A stretch of 64,000 nt of DNA from contig DAOPWJ010000028.1 of NCBI GenBank assembly GCA_035351535.1, forward strand, positions 1-64,000, read 5' to 3'. The DNA comes from Polyangiaceae bacterium (GTDB taxonomy: Bacteria; Myxococcota_A; Polyangia; Polyangiales; Polyangiaceae). This document shows, one piece after another, positions 47,959 through 57,938 of the stretch. The translations under genes and the position numbers were made by a program. The notes below the pieces were generated by a model. The model had not been told where the DNA came from. It worked only from the letters and a program-made list of their open reading frames with translations, and ran no database searches. Position 1 is the stretch's first letter. Every line of letters starts with the position of its first letter.

Positions 47959-48423
47959 CCGTTACCTTAACGTCGCAACCGACTGATCGGCATGTATTTC
48001 GGCTCTGAGCACGATTTTGGGAAGCCCCCTAACGCCGCGACTGTGCAAGCGCCGACTGCACGGGGCTGCCGCGTCTGCTACAACCCATATTATGCTGAAT
48101 CGACGAACGTAAGCCGTGCGCGCCTTGGTTCGATGCGTTGGTGATTCGCCATCGCGTGAGCAGGGAAGCTGGAAGGACGGTTTTCCGCTGGAGGTGAGCG
48201 AGTGTTGATCTGATTTATCCGCTACGTGGCCCATCCCCCGCGGAACCACCTCCCCACAACCCATGGCCCTTCGAATCACCCCGATAGACCAACGTCAATA
48301 CCACCCAATACACCGCCCTAAGCGTGTATATTGTTGTATTTATTATAGTTTATCAATACCCCGACGTTCGATGGAAACGACACGGTCACCGGAGCGGATT
48401 CTCTTGCTCTCTATTGATCGGAA

Positions 48424-49323
48424 TCAACTTCCGAACGCAATGAGTTCGCTTTTACGAGCTTTGCGGGAACGTCCGTCCTGGTCCACGATGAGCACTCCTT
48501 TGGCATCGATACTCTGCACCCGGTACAACTCCCACACCGACCCTTTTCTCGGACGAGCCAGAACCATTTGCCCCGGTTGCACATCCTGCGGCTTTTTCGG
48601 TTTCGGCGTGACCTCACGCGCTTCCCGGATCGAAAGCGGTGACTTATCGTCCCACGAAACATGCACGTTCGTGGGCGTGATGCGGCGAATCCTTCCTCCA
48701 CGCCAGGAGCCGTCTTCGTGTCTTGCCACCACTTCATCGCCTGGTTTTGGCTCCCATCCCGGCGGTTGATACGGTCGTGTTTGCTGGTTCATGGCCGCGA
48801 AAAAATCTCTATGTTCGGACAATTCCTTGTGTTTTTGACCGATCCGCCGCCGCGTCTCCTCCCGTAGCCCCACCACATCGCCCTCCGCTAGGTCATACGT
48901 CTTGCCCTGCGCATCTTCCACCTCTACCCGTCCCGAAGCGACCTGCTTGATGAGACAGCCCACCCAGGTATCCGGGGCAGTTTTGCACGCCGCAAAATCG
49001 TTGATGGTTACCGCGGCCGCACGAGAACCCAGCCCATACACCCGGTCGTCGGAAACCCTGATCTTCGTTTTTCGGCCGCCATATTCCACCGTGATCGGGT
49101 CGCCGTCCTTGACCACACGGCCTTGCACAAACTGCCCATCTTCTTTTTCCACCAACACATTCTCGCCCATTGACGGTCTCGAAGGTTGTTGCACCGGAGC
49201 AGGCGCCGACACCGTCGACGACGCCGAGGCTACCCCTTGGTCGGATGGTTCACGATGGGAGCACCCCATCGAAGGAAGGAATGCCCAACCTAGCAAGAAA
49301 CCAACCGCGAAACGCCACGCCAT
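48424..49323 (-). CDS. Lipoprotein with three or four Tudor/SH3-like repeat modules (hypothetical)
   Basis: Signal AVGFLLGWAFLPSMGCS. Repeated G(D/Q)xVxAR…G(S)W…R(V/I) modules (GDEVVARHEDGSWRGGRIRRI, GQMVLARPRKGSVWELYRVQSI, DGQFVQGRVVKDG). Confidence 0.5.
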   Translation of the reverse strand: MAWRFAVGFLLGWAFLPSMGCSHREPSDQGVASASSTVSAPAPVQQPSRPSMGENVLVEKEDGQFVQGRVVKDGDPITVEYGGRKTKIRVSDDRVYGLGSRAAAVTINDFAACKTAPDTWVGCLIKQVASGRVEVEDAQGKTYDLAEGDVVGLREETRRRIGQKHKELSEHRDFFAAMNQQTRPYQPPGWEPKPGDEVVARHEDGSWRGGRIRRITPTNVHVSWDDKSPLSIREAREVTPKPKKPQDVQPGQMVLARPRKGSVWELYRVQSIDAKGVLIVDQDGRSRKARKSELIAFGS

Positions 49324-49365
49324 GGGCGCCGACGATAGTGCAGGTTGCCCCAGAGGCAAGGACCG

Positions 49366-52074
49366 TCAGTGGGCGTCGGCCCAGCTTGGTCCAACCCCGA
49401 CATCGACGAGCAACGGCACATCCAGATCCATCACCGACTCCATGGCCTGACGAACGCGGTTTTCGGCTTCCTCCACATGGTTTTCGGGTACTTCGAAGAT
49501 CAATTCATCGTGAACCGTCAAAATCATTCTGGCCCCTGGCACGACAGGAGCCGCCAAACGAACCATTGCAAGTTTCAATAGATCGGCGGCGCTCCCTTGA
49601 ATTGGCGTATTTCCCGCTATTCGCTCCGCTTGGGCGCGCAGGACACGGTTTGAGCTACGCAAATCCGGCAAATACCGACGTCGACCTAGAATGGTTTCCA
49701 CGGCCTGCCCTTGACGTGCCGCTTCCAACGTCGAATCCATGAACCTTCGCACGCCTTCGTACCGCGAAAAATACCGATCGATGAATTGTCGAGCCTCCCC
49801 CCGCTCGATCCCTAGTTTCTTCGATAGCGCCACTTCTCCCATTCCATAAATCACACCAAAGTTGATCGTCTTGGCTTGACGACGTTGCTCGGCCGTTACC
49901 TGTTGCGACGATACGCCAAAGATTTCCATCGCGGTGCGCGAATGAATATCTTCATGATTTCTGAAGGCATCGATGAGCACTGGATCTTTCGATAGATGCG
50001 CCAGGACCCGCAATTCGATCTGCGAATAGTCGGCGCTCAACAACGTATAGCCTTGTGGAGCAATGAAAGCGCGACGAATGGCCAGGCCTTCTTGCGTTCG
50101 CACCGGGATATTTTGCAAGTTCGGATCGCTGGAGGAAAGCCTACCCGTGGCGGCCACACTTTGATTGAACCGTGTATGAATACGCCCCGTGGTCGGATGA
50201 ACCAACTTCGGCAGGGTTTCGACATAGGTGCTTTGCAGCTTCGAAAGCTGACGAAGGGCAAGAATCGTCCCAACCAACGGATGCATGTCCACCAACGCTT
50301 CCAGCACACTGGCATCGGTGCTGCGCGCGCTTTTGGTCCGCTTTTTCACAGGAAGCCCAAGCTCATCGAAGAGAATCGTTTCGAGCTGTCGGGGGGAACC
50401 CACGTTGAAGTCGCGTCCCGCCTGCTGTTTCGCTGTAGCTTCCAACTCTTTCATCCGCTCTTGCAGCATCGATCCTAGCTGCTCGAGCTGAATGACATCG
50501 ATCAGCACGCCAGCGCTCTCCATATCTATCAGCACGGAAATCAACGGGATTTCGACTTGCGTGAGAAGATCGCTCATCCCTTGTCGTTCGATTCGATCTC
50601 GCTGCAGGTGGTGAAGCTGCAAAGACAGATCCGCATCCGCGCACGCATAACGAGACGCTCGTTCGAGTGGCACCTTATCGAATGTGACTGCCTTCGAACC
50701 TTTGCCTCCCACCACCTGCTCGTAGGTCATCATCTCCACGTGAAGTTCGCGTTTCGCAACCTCCTTCAGTCCATGGGAAGCTTCAGGGTCCAACAGATAA
50801 CTCTCGATCATCGTATCGGAGGCCACGGCTTGCATCGGACCGAAGCCGTGGCGGCGCAACACGGTTTCGTCGAACTTCACATGGTGCCCCACCTTGCGAA
50901 CTTCACTCGAAATCAGCAGTGGATTGAGAATTTCCCGAACGCGGTCGATGTCCAATTGCGAAGGAACGCCAAGGTAAGCATGCCCGACCGGGATGTACCA
51001 CCCCTCATGGGGACGACAGGATAGAGAGATTCCCACGAGGCGAGCTCGCATGGCGTCGGTGGAATCCGTTTCCGTATCCAGGCCCATCAGGCCAGCCTCA
51101 TGACAGGCTTGCACGGCCGAACGAAGATCCGCCTCCTCAAGCACCAAGCGATAATCGTCTGCCTGGGGCTGATCGAAGTCGATCTCCATTTGTGGACGCA
51201 TCGCTTCGAGCATGCGCGAGAACCCAAGCTCGACATACGCGGCCTCCAAGCCTTTCCAATCCGTTCGAGCATGAAAATCCAAGGCCGATCGCTCGAACGA
51301 AACGTCCAAGTCGTCGCGCAAGGTCACGAGCAAACGTGCAAGTTCCGCAGAGGCGCGATGCTCGACAAGGTTCTCCCGAAGCTTGCCTTTGATCTCGTCG
51401 ATTCCTTCGTACACCCCTTCGATGGATCCGTATTGATCCAGCAGCTTGGCCGCCGTTTTCGGTCCGACCGAGGGAATGCCCATCACATTGTCGGAACTAT
51501 CTCCCGTCATGGCGAGAAGATCCCTCATTTTATCAGGAAAAACCCCAAATTTTTCTCGCACTTCCGCGGGCCCGTACACCTTGTTGCGCATCGTGTCCCA
51601 CATAACCACAGATGCACCAACCAACTGCATGAGGTCCTTGTCCGCGCTGATGATCACCACGCGAAGACCTTCCGAGCAGGCTCGTTTCACCCCACTGGCG
51701 ATCAAGTCATCCGCTTCGAAACCATCTTGTTTCCAGACGGTAAGACCAAGCAAGGACACGAGCCCGCGAACGCGTTGCATTTGAATCGAAAGGTCTTCGG
51801 GAGGAGGCGGGCGATTCGCTTTGTAGGCATTGTCGATTTGCTTTCGAAACGACGGACCTTTCGAATCCATGGCCACCGCCATCAGCGTCGGCTTTCGCTC
51901 ATCGATCAGTCGGTTGAGCATCGTGATAGTGCCGTAGGTGGCATGCGACGGCTCGCCGGTCGGAGAGGAAAGCGGAGCAATCGCGTGGTATGCGCGAAAC
52001 ACGTAGCCAGACAGATCAACGATATACAGGGCATCGGTGGCCCCAACCGGAGGAAGCGTCGTCATGGGAGCCAT
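49366..52074 (-). CDS. polA: DNA polymerase I
   Basis: 5'-3' exonuclease N-terminus. 3'-5' exonuclease region. Pol A motifs (DYSQIELR, RRQAKTINFGVIYG, VHDELIFE). Confidence 0.95.
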   Translation of the reverse strand: MAPMTTLPPVGATDALYIVDLSGYVFRAYHAIAPLSSPTGEPSHATYGTITMLNRLIDERKPTLMAVAMDSKGPSFRKQIDNAYKANRPPPPEDLSIQMQRVRGLVSLLGLTVWKQDGFEADDLIASGVKRACSEGLRVVIISADKDLMQLVGASVVMWDTMRNKVYGPAEVREKFGVFPDKMRDLLAMTGDSSDNVMGIPSVGPKTAAKLLDQYGSIEGVYEGIDEIKGKLRENLVEHRASAELARLLVTLRDDLDVSFERSALDFHARTDWKGLEAAYVELGFSRMLEAMRPQMEIDFDQPQADDYRLVLEEADLRSAVQACHEAGLMGLDTETDSTDAMRARLVGISLSCRPHEGWYIPVGHAYLGVPSQLDIDRVREILNPLLISSEVRKVGHHVKFDETVLRRHGFGPMQAVASDTMIESYLLDPEASHGLKEVAKRELHVEMMTYEQVVGGKGSKAVTFDKVPLERASRYACADADLSLQLHHLQRDRIERQGMSDLLTQVEIPLISVLIDMESAGVLIDVIQLEQLGSMLQERMKELEATAKQQAGRDFNVGSPRQLETILFDELGLPVKKRTKSARSTDASVLEALVDMHPLVGTILALRQLSKLQSTYVETLPKLVHPTTGRIHTRFNQSVAATGRLSSSDPNLQNIPVRTQEGLAIRRAFIAPQGYTLLSADYSQIELRVLAHLSKDPVLIDAFRNHEDIHSRTAMEIFGVSSQQVTAEQRRQAKTINFGVIYGMGEVALSKKLGIERGEARQFIDRYFSRYEGVRRFMDSTLEAARQGQAVETILGRRRYLPDLRSSNRVLRAQAERIAGNTPIQGSAADLLKLAMVRLAAPVVPGARMILTVHDELIFEVPENHVEEAENRVRQAMESVMDLDVPLLVDVGVGPSWADAH

Positions 52075-52160
52075 GCGTAGCGCACATTGAGCAAGGATAG
52101 AATGCTTACGGTTGGCGACCGCACCAAGGAAAAGGTAGTCTAGGGGCGGCGAACGAAACG

Positions 52161-53522
52161 ATGAACGACGCAGCAGACGCTCCGAACAGCGAATGGATAG
52201 CCGGCAAGTACCGATTGATACGCATGATCGGACAAGGGGGAATGGGCACGGTCTGGGAGGGGCAACACATTACGTTGGGAACGAAGGTCGCGATCAAGAT
52301 GATCGAACACGACCTGGCCGAAAACCACGAAGCACGGAATCGATTCGACAAGGAAGCCCGCGCCGCGGCAACGCTTTCCTCTCGTTATGTCGTCACCGTC
52401 TTCGACCATGGAGTGATGCCCGATGGTCGTCCTTTCATCGTCATGGAATACCTTCGGGGGCAAACGCTCGAAGAGCGTGCCGCTACCAATCACCGTCTGC
52501 CTCTTGTCGAAGTGGCACGGATCATCGACCAGGTCGCTCGCGGCCTGTCCAAAGCGCACGAGCATGGCATCGTGCATCGTGATCTCAAACCAGAGAATAT
52601 CTTCCTGACCGAGTCTCCCGATGAAGACGAAACCGTGGCGAAGATCGTCGATTTCGGCATTGCCAAATTCATCGAAGGCACCCCGCTGTCTCAGCCATCG
52701 TCGACGCGTTCCGGTACGATTTTAGGAACGCCCGTGTATATGAGTCCAGAACAGGCTCGCGGCCTTCGGGATATCGACCATAGGAGCGACCTTTGGGCCC
52801 TGGGCGTCATCGCTTACCGCTGCGCCGTCGGCACCCTACCGTTCCAAGGCGAAGCCGTCGGCGATATCGTTGTCAATATCTGCACCAAAGATCCCGTGCT
52901 CCCCAGCACACTCGTTCCTTCCCTTCCTAAGGCTTTCGACGATTGGTTCCGTCGTTGCGTGGCCCGGGACCGCGAGATGCGCTTTGACTCTGCCAAAGAA
53001 CTCGCCTCATCGTTATGGGCGGCGTCGGGTTCATCGCCCCCTCAGTCCTTCGCCACCGACCTTCTCAACCCGCACCTGGTCGAAAGCCGCACAAATGCTT
53101 CTCATTCATCGATCGAGAGTGCCACGACACAAGTCGCGACCACGAATCCGCCAGGGCGCAGCCGAATGTCCAGGGGTGTGTTGGGAGGAACACTCGTGCT
53201 GTTGGGAGCTTGCGCATCGCTGCTGGTGGGCTGGTGGTATTCGTCGGCTTCCCTTTCCGAACCGATGGCCGCCGAGGCGTCCCATCCTTATTTTCCTGAG
53301 GAAATACAAATAGTTAACATGATTGCGCCCGCAGCGAACTCGGAAGAGGAAGCCTCAATTTCCTTGCCTGAATCGATGGCCTCGAATGCTGCCGCCTCGG
53401 ATGCGCCATCGTCATCACGCCCAAAAATACGCCCACCCCAGGCATCGGCTGTCCAAACCGCAAGCCGGGGACCAAGTCGAACGTTACCGCCCTCGACGAC
53501 AACCATTGACCTAGGGTATTGA
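52161..53522 (+). CDS. Hanks-type Ser/Thr protein kinase with C-terminal TM segment and Ser/Pro-rich tail
   Basis: GQGGMGTVW (Gly loop), VAIK, HRDLKPEN, DFG, TPVYMSPE. Hydrophobic segment LGGTLVLLGACASLLVGWWY. Confidence 0.9.
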   Translation: MNDAADAPNSEWIAGKYRLIRMIGQGGMGTVWEGQHITLGTKVAIKMIEHDLAENHEARNRFDKEARAAATLSSRYVVTVFDHGVMPDGRPFIVMEYLRGQTLEERAATNHRLPLVEVARIIDQVARGLSKAHEHGIVHRDLKPENIFLTESPDEDETVAKIVDFGIAKFIEGTPLSQPSSTRSGTILGTPVYMSPEQARGLRDIDHRSDLWALGVIAYRCAVGTLPFQGEAVGDIVVNICTKDPVLPSTLVPSLPKAFDDWFRRCVARDREMRFDSAKELASSLWAASGSSPPQSFATDLLNPHLVESRTNASHSSIESATTQVATTNPPGRSRMSRGVLGGTLVLLGACASLLVGWWYSSASLSEPMAAEASHPYFPEEIQIVNMIAPAANSEEEASISLPESMASNAAASDAPSSSRPKIRPPQASAVQTASRGPSRTLPPSTTTIDLGY

Positions 53523-53621
53523 GACTGCAAACCTGCCAAGCGACGCTCCGCCTGTTGACCAATGCCTCGCAAAGATCCAGGGTCATACGGCTCAGCCCAA
53601 GGCGAGTACCATGATGGAGAA

Positions 53622-53921
53622 ATGATGACGGACACTAGAATTTTATGGGACTTCGATGTGCGCGTTCGAGACCGGAACTTGAAAACCGGTCGTCTGAAGA
53701 AAGACGAAGTGGATAGGTACTACGACAACCTCGTGGACGTGACCAACAACGTCGATGCGATGGAGGCGCGTCAACCCACATTGCCGACCGCGGAAGACAA
53801 GCACGAGGAAGAGCCTTCGGCAGTCCAAGGGTCACCGTCGATGGGATACGCCCCCGCGGCTCCCGGACTACCGATGATGCAGCCTATCATTCCTCACGCC
53901 AAGAACGAGGACGATTACTGA
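53622..53921 (+). CDS. Small hypothetical protein
   Basis: ORF downstream of the kinase gene. Charged N-terminal half, Pro-rich tail. Weak support. Confidence 0.3.
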   Translation: MMTDTRILWDFDVRVRDRNLKTGRLKKDEVDRYYDNLVDVTNNVDAMEARQPTLPTAEDKHEEEPSAVQGSPSMGYAPAAPGLPMMQPIIPHAKNEDDY

Positions 53922-53946
53922 GTTACGGGCCCTATGGGAGGCGAGC

Positions 53947-54234
53947 ATGGCGGACGAAAAGGCACAACAAGCCACTGAACTTCCAAAGACGGATTTTTCC
54001 ACGTTCGTGTTGTCGTTGAGTCATTCCGCGCTCGTGCATCTCGGGGACGCGCCATCCCCCGACGGGGTTGCGCGAACGCCCAATCTCGTTTTGGCCCGAC
54101 AAACCATTGATTTGCTCGAGATTCTTTCGGAAAAAACCAAGGGCAACCTCACGGGAGAAGAAGAACGTCTGCTCGAGCATATTTTATATGAACTGCGGAT
54201 GCGTTTCGTCGAGGTCGCCAAGGAGAAGTCGTGA
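53947..54234 (+). CDS. DUF1844-family small protein
   Basis: FSTFVLSLSHSALVHLGD…LARQTIDLLEIL.EKTKGNLT.EE..LL...LYELRMRFV matches the conserved DUF1844 pattern. Stop overlaps the htrA start (ATGA-type). Confidence 0.55.
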   Translation: MADEKAQQATELPKTDFSTFVLSLSHSALVHLGDAPSPDGVARTPNLVLARQTIDLLEILSEKTKGNLTGEEERLLEHILYELRMRFVEVAKEKS

Positions 54235-55412
54235 ACGGCTGGATGCGCGCTTGGAGGGCAGCGTCGCTGACGATCAGTTTGCTCACGCTGCTTTTGCCGG
54301 TATCGTGTGGCAAAGGGCATTCTTCGCCGACGGCGGAGCAGACGGAAAGCGCGGTTCCTGCTGTCCAGGCGGCATCCGTGACGCCCCCCACGACCGCGGC
54401 GGCGCCGACGCCGACCATGATGCCGATGGGGGCACCCATGTCGTTTGCATCCTTGGCAAAAACCGCAGATCCCGGCGTGGTGACGATCCAAAGCCGTGTA
54501 GAACGAACGTTTGGAAGCGGTCGACGTCGCGTGCTTTCCGAAGGACTTGGAACGGGATTCGTGTACGACAAAGCCGGTCTCGTGCTCACCAACAACCATG
54601 TGATTGAGGGGGCCACGGCGGTGGTGGTTCAATTCGCGAGCGGGCGTTCGGTGCAAGCGGAGGTGAAGGGACGGGACCGTCATACGGACGTGGCGGTTTT
54701 GCAGTTGGAGAAAGCCGAAGGGCTACATGCGTTGCCGCTGGGTGACTCCGATGGGATTGAGGTAGGTGATTGGGTGGTAGCGATTGGCAATCCTTTTGGG
54801 CTGGCTCACACCGTTTCGGCGGGGATATTGTCTGGAAAAGGGCGAACGAAGGACGATGTCAAGGGCCTGGACCCGAGCGGGTATTTCAATTTTCTTCAGA
54901 CGGATGCGGCGATCAACCAGGGCAATTCCGGCGGGCCTTTGTTGAATTTGCGTGGGGAAGTGGTGGGAATCAACACGGCCATCCGCGCGAATGCCAACAA
55001 CATCGGTTTCGCGATTCCGATCAACATGGTCAAAGAGCTGCTGCCGATTTTGGTCAAGGATGGGAAGATCACGCGTAGCGCGCTGGGTATCAGTGTCCGG
55101 GAGTTGGATTCCACCGAGTCGGAACGATTGAAAAGGCCGGACACGAAGGGAGCGTGGGTGGTGGATATTGCTCCGGGCTCCGGAGCCGACCGCGCGGGAA
55201 TTCGTCCAGATGACGTAATTTTAGGATTTGACGGTAAACAAGTTCTGGATCCGAATATGCTTCGGTGGTGGGCGAGCATTGCGGGTGTGGGCAAGACGGT
55301 GGATGTGAAGGTGGGAAGAGGAACGAGGACGTTCGATGTAAAAGTTACCTTAGGGGAGTTACCGGAACAACCGGAACCACCGTCTCCGGGATTTCCGCCT
55401 GGATTTCCGTGA
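54231..55412 (+). CDS. HtrA/DegP-family periplasmic serine protease with PDZ domain
   Basis: GTGFVYD…LVLTNNHV (His), D, GNSGGPLLN (Ser). One C-terminal PDZ. N-terminal signal peptide. Confidence 0.9.
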   Translation: MNGWMRAWRAASLTISLLTLLLPVSCGKGHSSPTAEQTESAVPAVQAASVTPPTTAAAPTPTMMPMGAPMSFASLAKTADPGVVTIQSRVERTFGSGRRRVLSEGLGTGFVYDKAGLVLTNNHVIEGATAVVVQFASGRSVQAEVKGRDRHTDVAVLQLEKAEGLHALPLGDSDGIEVGDWVVAIGNPFGLAHTVSAGILSGKGRTKDDVKGLDPSGYFNFLQTDAAINQGNSGGPLLNLRGEVVGINTAIRANANNIGFAIPINMVKELLPILVKDGKITRSALGISVRELDSTESERLKRPDTKGAWVVDIAPGSGADRAGIRPDDVILGFDGKQVLDPNMLRWWASIAGVGKTVDVKVGRGTRTFDVKVTLGELPEQPEPPSPGFPPGFP

Positions 55413-56170
55413 TGGACGATAATATCCGCCATGAGGAAGGCTCTGCTGGGAGCGTAGGAGGGGAGCAAGCTACGACCGTGGTGAATACCCAATCGGTGGT
55501 TGCGTCCAACCGTGAGCAACGAAGGGCGGAAGCCGAGGAAGATCGTGTACTCATCGAAGCAGCGCAGAAAGGTGACGTGGCCGCATTTCGAGCCCTGGTG
55601 GAAAAGCACCAGCGGCGAGTATTCTCGATTGCCCTTGGCATCGTGCGTGACGAAAACGACGCGCGAGAAATTTCTCAAGAAGCCTTTATTCGGGTGTACC
55701 GCGGATTGGACCGGTTCCAGGGCGGGTCGAGCTTTTTTACCTGGCTTTATCGAATTGTCACCAACTTATCCATTGACCTCATTCGTCGGCCCGGCAGGCG
55801 CGACGCGGAGCTTGTGGAAGATCGAAAGGTGTATGACGTCGCGGATGGGAGTCTCGAACCTTTCGTGGCCCGCCTGGAGGGGGAAGACCCTCTGCGAGTC
55901 GTGCGTCGCCGAGAAATTGCCGAACGTTTGCAGGAGGCGCTTGACGCATTGCCGCCCTACCACTTGGGCGTCATTCTGATGAGAGAGGTTGAAGGCATGT
56001 CGTACGAAGAAATGGCCGAGGCAATGGGCGTGTCCAAGGGCACGATCATGAGCCGTCTATTTCACGCACGACAGAAACTCCAGCGAGCACTTCGGGATTG
56101 CTATGAAGAGGAAATCGAATCCATCGACGAGCCGATGAGCGCGTCGGGAAAGCATGAGGCTCAACCGTGA
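55412..56170 (+). CDS. ECF (group IV) sigma-70 factor
   Basis: Region 2 (FRALVEKHQRRVFSIALGIVRDENDAREISQEAFIRVY…FFTWLYRIVTN) and region 4 (YEEMAEAMGVSKGTIMSRLFHARQKL). ATG overlaps the htrA stop by 1 nt. Confidence 0.85.
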   Translation: MDDNIRHEEGSAGSVGGEQATTVVNTQSVVASNREQRRAEAEEDRVLIEAAQKGDVAAFRALVEKHQRRVFSIALGIVRDENDAREISQEAFIRVYRGLDRFQGGSSFFTWLYRIVTNLSIDLIRRPGRRDAELVEDRKVYDVADGSLEPFVARLEGEDPLRVVRRREIAERLQEALDALPPYHLGVILMREVEGMSYEEMAEAMGVSKGTIMSRLFHARQKLQRALRDCYEEEIESIDEPMSASGKHEAQP

Positions 56171-56802
56171 ACAACCGCGCCAACAATAGCGATGGCCGTG
56201 GGGAACTGTCTTCGGATAGCGTGACTTCCCACGATTTGATGATGTTCGCGGACGGGGAGTTGGATGCGCAGCGTGAGGCTGCCGTAGCCTCGTATCTCCG
56301 GGAGAATGAGACTGGCCGTGCGGTTGTGTCCACGGTGTGGGAGATGGGGGCGAGGATACGGGAACTGCAGGATCGCAAGGCGATCGACGCCGGTGCGGAC
56401 GGGATTGCTTCTTTGGTGATGGCTCGCATCGAGCAGGAGGCGTCTGCACCGCGGAAAGAAAATGTCGTCCCGTTGGTAACGTCGGAGCGTCGTGCCGTGG
56501 GGTTTGGCCCTGTGGTGGTGGGGGGATTGGCGTTGGCGGCTGGGGTGGCGTTGTTGGTGTGGCGGCTGGTGGGGATGGATTTGACACAGCCTATCCCTGA
56601 GAAAACGGCCGGGGCTTTGAGCAGTGAGAAGCCGGTATCGGTTTCCGCCTTGTCGACGGAAGACGATCCGGAGCCTGGGGTGTCGGTGGATTCGATTGAT
56701 TTCGGTGCTCGAACGGGCACAATTTTCTATGTTCCTAACGGTGCAGGTTCTACGACGACGGTCGTTTGGCTCACGGATGATGAGGTCGGAGGCAACCCAT
56801 GA
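56167..56802 (+). CDS. Anti-sigma factor (single-pass membrane), cognate to the upstream ECF sigma
   Basis: N-terminal anti-sigma-like helix (LMMFADGELDAQREAAVASYL). One TM (VVGGLALAAGVALLVW). GTG start overlapping the sigma-factor stop (GTGA). Confidence 0.6.
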   Translation: MNNRANNSDGRGELSSDSVTSHDLMMFADGELDAQREAAVASYLRENETGRAVVSTVWEMGARIRELQDRKAIDAGADGIASLVMARIEQEASAPRKENVVPLVTSERRAVGFGPVVVGGLALAAGVALLVWRLVGMDLTQPIPEKTAGALSSEKPVSVSALSTEDDPEPGVSVDSIDFGARTGTIFYVPNGAGSTTTVVWLTDDEVGGNP

Positions 56803-57392
56803 CCCGAAGCGGATACACTGTATTTGGACTCGCCCCTCGGTGGATCGCGCTGTGTGGGGTGGGATTGATGGTTTCGGCCAGTTGGTGGGCTCACGCGCAG
56901 CAGCAACCAGCTTCTGAACCGCCAGTGGCTGAGCCGATGCAGGCCGATGGGGGGACCGCACCGCAACCGCAGGTTCCTTCCGAGATTCTTGTATTGCATG
57001 CCACCAACACGGGCGGCGGAATCGATCCCGAACTGCAGCATCTCAAACAGCTACAAAAACCGCCATTTTCCGCCTACGACACGTATCGTTTGCTGCATCG
57101 GCATTCGATTGTGTTGCGGTTGCAGCAACCAGATTCCACGCAACTTCCCAATGGCAGAACGCTGCGAACCGTGTTGAAAGCGGTATTGCCGGAAGAACGA
57201 TACCGGGTAGCGGCGAGCATCAGTCGACCACCGCAAGACAAGGATGGCGGATACTTACCTTTGCTCGAGGTAACGGCGAAAAGTGGGGAGCCATTTTTCG
57301 TAGCGGGGCAGAGCTATCGGGGGGGGATTCTCGTGGTGGGCATCCAGGTGGGAAAAGCTACGAAAAAAGACAAGCCTCCGGCGGATAAGTGA
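56799..57392 (+). CDS. Secreted hypothetical protein, third gene of the ECF sigma operon
   Basis: Signal peptide. ATGA overlap with the anti-sigma gene. Confidence 0.5.
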   Translation: MTRSGYTVFGLAPRWIALCGVGLMVSASWWAHAQQQPASEPPVAEPMQADGGTAPQPQVPSEILVLHATNTGGGIDPELQHLKQLQKPPFSAYDTYRLLHRHSIVLRLQQPDSTQLPNGRTLRTVLKAVLPEERYRVAASISRPPQDKDGGYLPLLEVTAKSGEPFFVAGQSYRGGILVVGIQVGKATKKDKPPADK

Positions 57393-57445
57393 ACGTAAGG
57401 GCTTCGTATTCGGACAGCGCTCGTGCTAGACAGTTGCCTCTTCGA

Positions 57446-57522
57446 GCGCCCGTAGCTCAGTTGGATAGAGCAGCGGCCTTCTAAGCCGCGGGTCACTGGT
57501 TCGAATCCAGTCGGGCGTGCCA
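57446..57522 (+). tRNA. tRNA-Arg (anticodon TCT), CCA encoded
   Basis: Near-identical architecture to E. coli tRNA-Arg(UCU): GCGCCCG-TA-GCTCAGTTGGATAGAGC-A-GCGGC-CTTCTAA-GCCGC-GGGTC-ACTGG-TTCGAAT-CCAGT-CGGGCGT-G-CCA. Confidence 0.85.
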
Positions 57523-57938
57523 CGGTCATTCCATCATCAAGAGCGTGACGACGATGGCGAGCCTGTGGGGTTGCGTCACAAGGGCCAGCGCAACAATGTC
57601 CTAGCGAGCCGTACGTTGGGCGACGGCTTCCATGATGACGTGCTTCGTTGGTTCCACCGATCGAACGCGCCCCTCGATGACCGACGCAACAGGCAGCGTC
57701 GATGGCGCTTCTCTTGGCGCTCACCCACAGTGGCAAAAAAACTTTATATTACTCATAGTTACACAGATCACGGTCGAGACCATCGACGACGATTCTGTAT
57801 GACAAACACCACGGGCGGAGGCGGCAGCCCAGGGGTTTTCTCGATGCAGCCGGTGGCGGAAGGCCCTCGACTTGGGCGAAGGCATAGGGAGCACGGACGA
57901 AGCGAGAGCCTGGTTTTGCCGTTCTTTCGTTCGAGACC

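Noticed and set aside
51100-52080. 326-aa plus-strand ORF inside polA
   Set aside because: Antisense to DNA polymerase I. Shadow ORF.
54021-56961. Minus-strand ORFs of 220, 260 and 266 aa antisense to htrA, the ECF sigma and the anti-sigma genes
   Set aside because: All lie opposite genes with clear catalytic or sigma motifs. Arg/Pro-rich translations.
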